Shown piece by piece: positions 23,497-34,720 of a stretch of 64,000 nucleotides of DNA. The stretch is from NCBI GenBank assembly GCA_047495785.1, contig JBLDXI010000021.1:1674001-1738000 (forward strand), in the 5' to 3' direction. The position numbers were made by a program, and so were the translations under genes. The stretch is from Lepidodermella squamata. Taxonomy: Eukaryota > Animalia > Gastrotricha. Under the pieces are notes generated by a model. The model had not been told where the DNA came from. It did not search any database and saw only the letters and a list, made by a program, of their open reading frames with translations. Each line of letters begins with the position of its first letter. Position 1 is the first letter of the stretch.

Positions 23497-25529
23497 ATGA
23501 TGGCGTCCTCTAGTGGCGTTGTAAAATGTGGCACCTTGACTCGACAGTCTCTCTCCGGTGTTTGGATTAAAAACGTATTCTGGAGATGGAAAATTTACTG
23601 TGTTTTGAAGGCTGACAATACATTGGAACTTCATGGTAGCAAGAGAAACTTCCAGAGTGGTCAGGAGCCTCGAACGATAATTGATCTCTCAACCGCAATA
23701 TGCATTTGTCCTGCTGAGTAATTTGAATAATATTGAACTATTTGTTAATACGCAATCCTCTTATTGTAGATATATAAGGCCGGCTGCATTCTTGATTCTA
23801 ACTAGCTCAGTTCATATGTGTCTTTCAACAATATCTGTCGCTGATCGTGAGGAATGGATATCATCGCTCACGTCAGCGGCAAAGTCAGCCATGGCGTCAA
23901 GCTCGAATGAGAATGAAGAATCTTTGACTACAGCCCCTGATGGTTCTTTCCAGCGTCAGGTATTCACATTCTGTCTATCCTCAAATTTCTGATTGAAGTT
24001 CTCTGAATTGGTTCATAGGGTGCTCGATCTTCCATGTTTCTTCGCATATGGCCTGTAAACGTACTGCCTTCAACCGTCACGACTTCTATTCAGCTTCACG
24101 GTCGTCATTGGTTTGCGGCCAATAACTCAGAGATTTGCGTTTTACCATATTCTTCTCCAACTAATACCACACTAAGCGTATCGGTATGCAGGCGTCTGAT
24201 TTATTTAAATTGATAAAGATTAAGCGAATCCACAGTTTTCCACTATCCGGTATTGCGCTGGAGTGGGTCAACGAGTCTACTTCGAACTTGGCCGCCAGGC
24301 CAACACAGGCGAGGGAATATTATGGCTGCAGGGTATCAGCTCATCCGCCGCTCAAGATATCAAAACATTCATGTCCGAGTTGTTTACAAAGGTATGAAAT
24401 ATTCAGCCTTGAAAGCCCTCCGGGAATAATTTAAATTATTGTGATTTAGCGCGATGCTGTGACAGACAATAAGAAAACGAAGAAGTCTGATCGTCTTTTA
24501 GCGAATGTCGAAAAGGCTCGTCATAATATGAACAATGGCAACTTAAACCTGCCTGCAGCTTCCAATGAAACCAATATACCGGCAGTCGACGAAGCAGTTA
24601 CCGAGTCAGCTGTTCCGTTGTCCGCTGTTCAACAACCGGATCCGCAGATTGATAAAGCAACCGGCACTTCATTTCCGGATGGGAGCTCGTACTTGGTTAT
24701 GGGACCGCCACCCAAGTCTCAAGGTAAGCAGTCTAGATTATTTGCTCTGATAGCAGAAAATTGAGTTTTCATAGACAAAAAGTCTGGTCAAGTGCCAAGT
24801 GCCGAAGTTCCATCTCACTACGGTCGAACTAACTCGATTGGCACAAAAGAAATGGCTCTCGTCAACCGCGATCAAAGCGCCAAAGGAGATTTTCTTGAAC
24901 TGAACTTCGGTGTCGAACAGGCCCCTACAGGCGCAAATTCAGTGTCAATAGAAAGTTCAACCACAACCCATCACCGTGTAGTTGAATCTTTGCAGTCGAA
25001 AACCGTCGCCCCAAGTGATTTCACATCTTCAGCCATACCGTCAACTAAACCCAAATCGCAGCAACAGCTACAGATAGAAAAGGCATCGAATGGCGGCGAT
25101 TACGTTGTAGTTTGCGCTCCGAAGGGCAAACCTGCTGCCTTGCTTACCAAGACCCAGGAAAACACCACCCCGACTACAATGTCAGTATCGACTGATGAAG
25201 ATTTGGCGCCATTCCTTGCTGAGGAGTTTCAAGAAGACGGCGTTGTTTCTACTTCCGTGTTCAACGAAACTGGAGATTTTATTTTTGACATGGGAAAACC
25301 AGCCCAGCCCAGCGGCTCTACCGTGATTGCCCAACATTCCGGCGGGCCGGTTCAATACGTGAGTCTTCAAATCAACGCAGAAGATCCGACCAGTGCTACA
25401 AAAGCAGAAGTCTTAAAGCACGAGTCATTGAAGAAGAATGAGTCTTCGACATCGCCACAGGTTTCTGGGTCTGTAATTTATGCCGACTTGGACTTTTCTT
25501 CTACGGCGAGCCAGCCTCAAGAGCAGTAG
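23497..25529 (+). CDS. Insulin receptor substrate (IRS/chico)-like PH plus PTB adaptor
   Basis: N-terminal PH domain (VVKCGTL, YCVLK, REEWISSL); IRS-type PTB segment TIRYCAGVGQRVYFELGRQANTGEGILWLQ; tail with YLVM, YVVV, YVSL and YADLDF motifs. Confidence 0.7.
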
Positions 25530-25929
25530 CTCTCTCGTGTGTTTTCAAGCTTTCATCGTCCTTTTGGCTCGCCTTCACTCGCGTGAATGTCTCGGCGTAA
25601 TACAAAATGTTCTGCTTTGCTGACGAAATTATTTCTTTGAATGTTGTGAGTTCCAATTTGAGGCCTAGCCTGTGTTCACTTGAATTACAAGCATGTTCTG
25701 CTTCTGTGTAGTCCCAGGCGACTTCGACCTACTCGTAGAATGTTGCCGCGTGAAGTATCGGCTCTGCCATAATTGCATCAAAATAATTATTGAAAAAATA
25801 TTTTTGCACGGTATTTTATAAATGAGCCGTCAGATTATACATGTTTTATACAAAACTACCATCTCTTAAATAAAACCATCGACTCAACTTTTCTAATCCA
25901 TTTTAGGTTCAGTTTTTAATTGAACAAAC

Positions 25930-26774
25930 ATGGGTCGCGTTATTCGTGCTCAGCGTAAGGGTGCAGGCTCCGTTTTCAAGGCGCACACCAAGCATCGCAA
26001 AGGAGCTCCTCGGATGCGCAACGCTGACTTCGCTGAGCGCCACGGCTACATTCGTGGTGTCATTAGGGTATGATTGTAATTGTCTTCTATAGTGTTGTTG
26101 TATTATTTCTTCGCTCATAGGAAATCATTCACGACCCAGGTCGTGGCGCCCCCCTCGCCAAGGTCGTCTTCCGCGACCCGTATCGGTACAAGCTGCGTTC
26201 AGAGCTGTTCGTCTGCGCTGAGGGTATGCACACCGGCCAGTTTGTCTACTGCGGCAAGAAGGCTGCGCTGCAGGTTGGCAACATCCTGCCTCTTTCGGTC
26301 ATGCCTGAAGGTACCATCGTCTGCTGCGTTGAAGAGAAATCGGGCGACCGAGGACGTCTTGCGCGTGCCAGCGGCAACTATGCGACAATTGTTGCGCATA
26401 ACGCCGACACCGGCCGAACCCGTGTGCGTCTTCCCTCTGGTGCAAAGAAGGTGCTCTGCTCAGCTAACCGCGCCATGGTTGGCGTCGTCGCTGGCGGTGG
26501 TCGTATCGACAAGCCGATCCTGAAGGCCGGTCGTGCTCACTACAAGTACAAGGCTAAGCGCAACTGCTGGCCTCGCGTCCGTGGTGTGGCTATGAACCCC
26601 GTCGACCATCCGTTCGGTGGTGGTAACCATCAGCACATCGGCAAGCCCTCGACTGTCCGCCGCGACGCCTCGCACGGTCGCAAGGTCGGTCTCATCGCTG
26701 CCCGCCGTACAGGCAAGCTGCGCGGTACTAAGAAGATTGCTGCCGAAGCCGCGGAATCACGCGCCGCCGTCTAA
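25930..26774 (+). CDS. RPL8: 60S ribosomal protein L8 (uL2), one intron 26068-26120
   Basis: [16 protein letters not shown]...[12 protein letters not shown]...[25 protein letters not shown]. Confidence 0.98.
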
Positions 26775-27437
26775 ATCTTTATTCCACTGCTGGTGTTTAC
26801 ACATGCGTTGTAGTTTGGCGAGAAGGAAAGAGCGATTAATAAAACTGAAAGCCGAAATACCAACCAACATGCGTCTTTTTGTGAAGCATTTCTAACATTT
26901 TATTAGCCTCGATCGTTTCAAGCGATTACTGTTCACTCATTAGGACGATCGTATCTAAGTTTCCTACACCAGCTGTTTCTCGGCGGATGTTAGCGTTACT
27001 AAAAAGTCGCGTACATTTACTGCACATTTAGACCAGCACAGGTGATTGTGAAAAGTTCAAATAATAGAGCGAGAATAACAGCAAGAATATAAAAGTAACT
27101 GAATTGAGCGAGACATATTTTTGAGAAAGAATCAAGTGATAATTCTATGCCGTTATCTTCGTTGAATTACTCGAATTTAGCACCCCGCTAATGACGTACC
27201 GATTACCGCCGAGTAGAAATTGTTATAATCTTCAGCGGCAAAGCTCTATTTTCAATGCCTTCGCCAACCCAGATCACATCAGGCAATTAAATTTTGTCAT
27301 CATTTGCCTTTTCAAGTGAATTAGTAAAAATGGCTAGTTGAAGACATGCTTAATTCAATAGCGTACCTATTTGAAAGGATGCTTTATTCGAAATTCAATG
27401 AAAACAAGAATCAAAGAAGTATAAAATGTATCACGTG

Positions 27438-29241
27438 TCAATTTGGAATAACAAGTTGGTCACTGTGATAAGCCAAGTTGCTATGACCTTGGCTTCTTGT
27501 GGTTTCCTCATTGGCAGGATCACGTCGGGAAATACTCTCCGCCGCTCGACGGCGATATGGGCATTTGTAGAAAATGACAGCAGCTATGCAGGTCACTGTG
27601 GCGACGGAGGACATCAAGATCGCACCATCTTTAATCAGTTCTGTAAATGGATTTCACGTTTGCTAGGATGACTAGTCTTACCCGTAAAATCCGCGGCCGA
27701 TCCACCTTGCAAAGAATCTGCTGAACATGTGCCATATATATCCGCCGTAGGTTTGGAGATCGACTGAAGAACAATGATCAAAATCGCAGATAGCACGTTA
27801 CTAATAAAACATGAAAAGATATTGTTATATGTAGTCTCTCTTCCATCAGTCATACCCTAGAATTACAAGAAAACCCGTTGATGTAGCTTCACCCACTGGA
27901 TATGCCGTTTCGACGGCCAGTTCCAAGGAGAGCGGATATTGCCCAAAGCCAAATATTCCAAGGAAGCCTATTACGAATCCTGGGCCAACCTCGCTGAAAG
28001 GCGAGCCAAGTACCTAAGAGGAATTGCTCTAAAAATCTTGAATGTATGAGAAATTATTCTTACGATAACAAAGCAGGCTAAACTAAGTGCTGCCAGAAGC
28101 AGGTAAATTTTAACGATTTCTTGAAGGCAGCCTGTTCGATCTGCGATAACACTGGTTATAAGCGATGAAATCAGTCCAAGCCCGATCATCAATGCTATTA
28201 TCATTCCAGAATAAACATCGGTGTATCCTGAGAAAGGCTAATTAATTGGGATAGACTATTTCAGGACGAAACCTCACCTCTGGGACATAGCATTTGCGTC
28301 GATAGAGCAGTTATCGCAGTGACGATGCCGAAACCCAAACCGCAGCAGATGGAGAGGAAAAGGAACATTTTATTTCGAAAAATTGATCCCAGCTCAGAAC
28401 AGAAAGGCTTAGATACAACTACCGCACTGTTCGATGGTGGTATGAGGGGCTTCGAGCGGTTCAACGAGAATATCATGGCAACAAGCGCAATAACTGCTGG
28501 AACCGTGTAGACAATAAGTAGTAACAGCATATCTTCAGGTTCCTTCAAAATCTGAGGCGAGAGAAGCGCACTGATCAAAATTCCCAATGCGTTAGCTGTT
28601 AATTATATTGGTTGTATTTTTCATTATATTGTCAAGTTTGACTTGAGGACATACCCATCGAACTAATAGTTGTAGCAAGGGTGCGTTGAGTTTCGGGAAA
28701 CCAATCTTGGGCGATTTTAGCCGGTGCCGCCATCGCAAAAGGCTGTGCCAGTCCCGCTATGCTTTGGCCTACCATCAACAGAGGGAAACGAGCACTCATA
28801 GGCACAACAGACGTCGCAGATATCAATCGGAACGCAGCACCGATTCCATTGCACAATGCCGCCAAGTTCAGCTAAAAACTTTCGATAGGTATACATAACT
28901 TGCCCCTTTTTCGCATTAATTCATACTGATAATCTCATGCCAACATGGTCCAGGGACCACATGGATAGAAATCCTATCGGAAGAGCTAGTATCAGGTACA
29001 CTTCTGACAGCATATTGACATCGGCGAACGATACGTTGTAATACTTGTGCGTTAGTCCTGCGACAGCAGAAAACGAATTCCATACCTGCGGTAATACGGT
29101 TAACCTAGATGGTAGTTATACGATATAAAAAATATAAACCATTGAATTGCTCGCATTGAGAAGAGTAGCCGCTATCAGGATGAACCATCGTCTGGTGTAC
29201 AAAATATGGCTAACGCCGTTATTGTTCAGTAAACTCGGCAT
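27438..29241 (-). CDS. MFS transporter SLC49A3/MFSD7-like (FLVCR family), paralog 1
   Basis: YTRRWFIL..LLNASNSM, GQSIAGLAQPFAMAAPAKIAQDWFPETQRTLAT, SLELAVETAYP, YKCPYRR. Confidence 0.85.
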
Positions 29242-29482
29242 CAATAATTAATTTTCATCAAATCTAAAACAAATTTATTGTCGTTGGTAAGTAAACACTT
29301 ACATGAAACAGTCAAAATATAAACGTAGAAAAACCAAATCAAACGACCCAGTTTCGTGTTAATACAACCAATATAAAGCTTTTAAAGATATAAAATGAAA
29401 CGCCAAAAATGTTCAAATGAGCTTATTTGAGAAATATGAGTGAAGTCAAAACCAGAGGAGCCAGCTGAGTAAATATTGCCTA

Positions 29483-31337
29483 TCAGATAACATTTGGCAA
29501 GGGCTGCTGCAGTTGATCGTCCAACATGATTGTTTCGGTTGCCGTTCGGGTTATTGCTGGTTTCTTCTTCTTCTCAAATTCCATTCGTTTATATGGACAT
29601 TTGTAAAAGGCGATTAAACTCAAAAATAGCAAACAGCCCATAGATGCCAGAAAGATATTCCCATCTAATAGAAAAATTTAAACTGTAGCTGAATTTCTAC
29701 AAATTTAGCCAGATATTTACACAAATAATTTTTAGCTGCACTTCCTCCGAGAGAATCGGCGGAACATGTTCCGTACCAGTCTTCAGCTTCAACGCCAGTT
29801 TCTTGATACAGCAAGATGAAAACAGCTGCAAACAGTTGTCCCAAAATCACCATCAAACCGGTTGAAGTAGCTTCTGGTACAGGGAAGGTGGTTTCAACGG
29901 CAAGTTCCAAACTAATGGCGTACAAGCCAAAGCCGAAAAATCCGAATGCCGCAAGTATAAAGCCAAGAACATATGGGGTATATGGCTGAGCCGCTATCTA
30001 AACAGAATTCATATAGGTAATGTATCCGAACTGAAATGAATCTTACTATCAAGAAAATGCAGGCGAAAATACAACAAAGTCCAGCAAAAATTTTCATGAC
30101 TTCCTCGAAAAGCTTCGTTTTGTCTACGATGATGCCAGCTATAATCGATCCGACAAAGCCACAACCAATTATCAATACCACTCCGATTCCAGCGTAATTG
30201 TCATCATAGCCTTTTGGTTTGATAAAAAAATCCTCAGGTCAAACAAATCTATTCATTAGCCTACCGAAGGGACACAGAATTTGAGCGAGCAGGGCAACAA
30301 GCAGGGTAAAAATTCCCATAGCAACAGCGAAAACAATTAGCAAAACCAAAAACATTTTGTTGCGTACGGCCTGTTTCAAAAATGGTTGGTCTTGAATGGT
30401 GAAAATATACATTTTAAAGCATCGTAAAACCTCGCAAAATCCAGCTTTGAAAGACAAGGATTGATGCACAGCGCTAGCCGATGGTGGGGACACCGGCTTG
30501 GACACATAAAACGATGGAATTGCCATAGCTGTGGCCAAAACTGCGCTAGCTCCATATAATATCATCAGGTTCAGCATGGTCGAAGAATCCAGAAGCACAG
30601 GTGAAATAATAGCGGCCAACATAATACCCAAAGGGTTGGCTGAAAACTTGAATGTAGAGTCATGTACCAACACAAGGCGTTCTAACCCAAAGTTCCAACT
30701 GTGCAAGCAATCGTGCGTTGGGATTCCGGAAACCAAAATTGGGCGCATTTTGGAGGCAAAAACATGAAGAATGCCTGACATAATCAATAAAAGCTAAGAT
30801 TTAAAGCTGAGGCAACAATCATTCTTGTACCTGTGCCACTCCTGAAATGCACTGGCCTGTCATTAACAGCGGGAACCGGGATTCCATAGCAATATTTGGC
30901 ACAGCGCTTATCACTCGAATTAAACCGCCAACCAAGTTGAATAAACTAGCTGCAATAACCTGAAATTGTAAATCTTCAACTTCAGAAAATGTAGAACATT
31001 AACCTGAGTAAATATACCGATTTGCCAACATCATAACTGTCGATAGACCACATAGCGAAGAAACCGACGGGGATCGTGATGACAGCAAACACAATAGACA
31101 ATAAGTTCACTTCATCGAATCCAATTTTATAAAACAATGCTGTCTTGCTTGCAATAGACGCAAAAGAATTCCAAATCTGTTCAAATTAAATTGCTTCAAT
31201 GCTTCTACTGCATTTAAACGCTTCACCATTGCATTCGAAATATTCAGTAAGAATAGTGATCCGACTATGAAGTATCGCCGGCGATACAATACGATGTCCT
31301 CTCGTTCTCCTTGTGGCACTGCGTCAACAGCATTCAT
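29483..31337 (-). CDS. MFS transporter SLC49A3/MFSD7-like (FLVCR family), paralog 2
   Basis: YRRRYFI..LLNISNAM, PPKCAQFWFPESQRTIA, ANPLG, SLELAVETTFPVPEATSTG, YKCPYKR. Confidence 0.85.
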
Positions 31338-31522
31338 ACTGCAACGCTCGCTCAAAACGCGTAAAGCAGAACAATGAGCTTCTGCTTCTGCTTCATGTTT
31401 CTTCATACAAGAGGCAGGTATTACATGCAGTAACACCTAAATTTCGTCCGGCAAAAATACAATTGTTAATGATTAAATTGCTAAATTTCATTCCTAGAAA
31501 GTCAACGGCTACAAATGACGAG

Positions 31523-31955
31523 TCGAGATGTCACACAAAAATGGAAACAGATGAATTCACAATTGCCAGTTGATATTGCTGGTCCAAGCTGGTTCTTTAT
31601 GCGCGAAATTGTTACACGTGGTGTAGGTCTCCTATTCTTCCTGGCTTCCAGATAAATTCGCTGTGCTGGTCAAATGGTTTGACTTTAAATATTTATCATT
31701 ACCTTTATCATAGTTTTTCTCCAATTAACAAAAATAATGACAGCTGGAAGAGACAATGAGACTCTGATGGCAGTGCTTGACCTTGATAGTAAGAGTGGTT
31801 TCCATCTGAGTAGCCAGTAGCCAGCATTTACTTCGGACCCGAAGGCAACTGCCTTACTTTCCCAATGGATGATCATGATCCGGCCCTTATCCGCATCTCT
31901 TGGTAGCTCGAGCCAGCTAGTGTGACTTCTGTTTCCATTTTGTGTGACACCTCGA
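31523..31955. mobile_element. Putative MITE bounded by about 28-bp inverted repeats
   Basis: tcgagatgtcacacaaaaatggaaacaga (31523-31551) and tctgtttccattttgtgtgacacctcga (31928-31955) are near-perfect reverse complements. Confidence 0.6.
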
Positions 31956-32010
31956 TTTCTGTAGTCCAAATAGTCCGATTTAGATATGTTATTTGCAGAG
32001 ATAGTGACAA

Positions 32011-32662
32011 ACCACTCTCAGAGGATCTACTCTGAGAGCTATTTACTCTCGGAGTAGCTACTCTAAGAGTAGATACTCTCAGAGGTAGTTTTAACTGGGA
32101 AGCTACTATGAGAGGAGTCACTGTTACAGGGACTACCGGCTACCAATGATTATCTTCGTTCAACAATTGGAGTAAAGTGCATGACATTGGATGTTACAGA
32201 CAATGTTGGATGTAGGCTGCCCTTTGGCTTTTTAAGGTGTCCTGTGATGGGCCAGTTATTTGTATTGACAGGCAAATGATCAATTAACCTATGATTTTAT
32301 TGTTCTTAAGAAGTTGATTATGAATAAAAATATATAAACTAGACTCTTCTCCGCGCCCAATAGTCTTAGAGGAATATAATTTTTTGATAGAAAATGCGAA
32401 TTCAAAAGTGTCGAAGTTTTGTTACCGAATTTTAAAACCTTGTTGAATTTGTCGACGGTTACTCTGGGAGGAGTAGTTCCTCTGGGATGAGTAGTTCCTC
32501 TGGGAGTAGCTCTTTAGACAGCACCTACCCTGAGAGCAACTGCTATAGGAGTAGCTACTCTCAGAGTAACAAACCTAAACAGGTATCTACTATAGGAGGA
32601 AAGGCCTTCCACTCCGGGAGTAGGCTACTTTCAGAGTAGGATACTCTTAGAGTAGCTCTCGG
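32011..32662. repeat. Two degenerate arrays of about 15-bp palindromic units (consensus about GC-TACTCTNAGAGTA), at 32011-32135 and 32459-32662
   Basis: For example tactctcggagta gc tactctaagagta ga tactctcagag at 32044-32084; tactctcagagta, tactttcagagta and tactcttagagta in the second array. Confidence 0.75.
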
Positions 32663-33552
32663 ATCACGAAATACCATTCAGTACCATTGGTAATGGTATT
32701 GGTAATTGGTAATTACTATTGGTAATGTCCATCAATTACCAAATGGCTGCCTACTTCGAGTAAGCCTTGCTTTGGCAGTAAACACTAACCCTAACACATA
32801 CCTAGTTAATGAGGCAAATGACCTGACTCGAGTCCGCAAAAAACTCTGGAAAATAACCAATTAAGCCGGGCAAAATCGTACCGAGGTTTACTTCGAGCTA
32901 GAGGAAGTCCAACGGGAAGTCGGGCAAACCGGATTTCAGACGAGCCCGCGCAACAGGATAGCGCCATTAGTTCTGATATATATTATACAATTTTATGAAT
33001 AAAATATTTTAATGCGCGAAAATTGATAATTGCAAGTGCGTTACATGTTGCTATTGACAACATGCGAAGCTTGCCCCAGTTTTCACGCAACAGCAAAATC
33101 TAAGACGAGATCATCGAATCACGTGACTAATGACTCGGTGAATCTGTGATTGACGAGGCTCATCTCGCTGGAATTAGAAAACTTACGCTTAAGCTGGACT
33201 TCTTCTCTATCCATCTTATTTGAGCTTATTGTGCCATCGACCCATGTGAAACATCGCCACCTCGATGACTCGGGTTCTAATTCTTTTGCTTGTGCCTAGG
33301 TATATTTTCAGGAAACTGTCGACTGGGCTTATAAATAAACACATTCATACATCAAAACCCGGAAAACTGACGGCATCGCTTGCTCTATTAGGAGGACTAC
33401 CCATATTAATTATGCTCTATTCGCTATTATCATTATCATTTCTCATCTGTCATCTGTGCGTTCTCATACATTGAAAGGATCTTAATTTAAGCAATTCGCT
33501 ACTTGGATCATTGAACAATCATTGAATGAAAGATCATTGAACGAACGATCAA

Positions 33553-34131
33553 ATGCCTCCAGTAGCGGTGATGGTGGCCTCCGGCGCTACTGTCGCCTTA
33601 TCGACGGTACTGACGGCTGTAAGTTTTTTGGTTTTGCTGGCAATCGCTGCAATAGTCCTAATGAATTGCTTTGACTGTTATGCAACCCCTGCTCCGGTTA
33701 TTATGACTCATCATCCTCAAGTTGTTGGATACGGTGGACCCGTTGTTGCTTCCCCGGGCGTTGTCATGGGGGGCCCTGTAATATCAGCTCCTGTCGGAGG
33801 AGTATATTATGGCGGCGGTGGATATTACGGTGGCGGTTTCGGGTCTGGCTTCACAACTGGTGTTGTAGCTGGCGCTGTCATGAGCGACATGGCCTTTGGT
33901 CATCATCATCACGGCGGAGGTTATTATTCAGACAACGACACCATTATTAACAACAACACCACTATCATCGAAAACAATACTTACAGCGACATGACAACTA
34001 ACGATTTTGGAGGTGGCGGTGGAGGTTACGGCGGTGGATTCGACAACGGCGGTGGATTTGACAACGGCGGTGGATTCGACACCGGAGGTGGATTTGACGG
34101 CGGAGGGGGCGGATACGATGGCGGATTTTAG
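33553..34131 (+). CDS. Single-exon membrane-anchored Gly/Tyr-rich protein of unknown family
   Basis: 192-aa ORF with an N-terminal hydrophobic helix, a second GxxxG-rich hydrophobic patch, HHHH, and GGGFD(N/T) repeats with synonymous codon variation. Confidence 0.75.
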   Translation: MPPVAVMVASGATVALSTVLTAVSFLVLLAIAAIVLMNCFDCYATPAPVIMTHHPQVVGYGGPVVASPGVVMGGPVISAPVGGVYYGGGGYYGGGFGSGFTTGVVAGAVMSDMAFGHHHHGGGYYSDNDTIINNNTTIIENNTYSDMTTNDFGGGGGGYGGGFDNGGGFDNGGGFDTGGGFDGGGGGYDGGF

Positions 34132-34720
34132 TCACACGCTAAAGCACCAGTGCATTTTCTGATGTTATTTTACATTTTGAATATTGTATTATTGTACTGA
34201 TTTATTAAGGCGATGTAGACGAGTTATCGAACATTATGCCTTTTCGAAACCTGGTCTTTGAAATGCCAAATTAGCACCATGAAGATTAATCGGCATCGGA
34301 ATTCGAATCTATAGTTTTAAATGTAGCATCTTGGCTATTGAGACATCTCACCTTCGGGGAATAAATAAATTAAATTATCTATAATTCCTCGATTCTGACT
34401 ACCCTTTGCTCAGCTTGGATCCAGGAATTGTGAATTACGGACATTGATAGTTTTCGATTGACTGAATGTATTTTCAGTAACTGGTCAGTTCTTGTTCTAT
34501 CTGCTATTGTTTTAAAACTAGTCGCTAGTTCACCATAACTCTTTCTCAAATGTCATCTAGTCCCTGTGCCTGTTTTTTTATTATCAATTTGCGTTTATTT
34601 TTTTAACTGTAATAAAGTTATTTTCGCAATGAAAATCGACGAATCGATGATATAAGTATCTGTTATTATGTGCCAATGAACTTTAATTTTAGATCAAATT
34701 AATGTTGGAAAGCATTTGCA

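Noticed and set aside
25707-25720. TGTAGTCCCAG resembling the SRP RNA Alu domain
   Set aside because: No S-domain motif or flanking structure; lies in the probable 3' UTR of the IRS-like gene
32011-32662. Palindromic repeat arrays as a CRISPR array
   Set aside because: Eukaryotic context, about 15-bp abutting units, no unique spacers and no cas genes
32785-32795. CTAACCCTAAC as a telomerase RNA template or interstitial telomere
   Set aside because: A single short occurrence with no supporting pseudoknot or H/ACA structure that I can see
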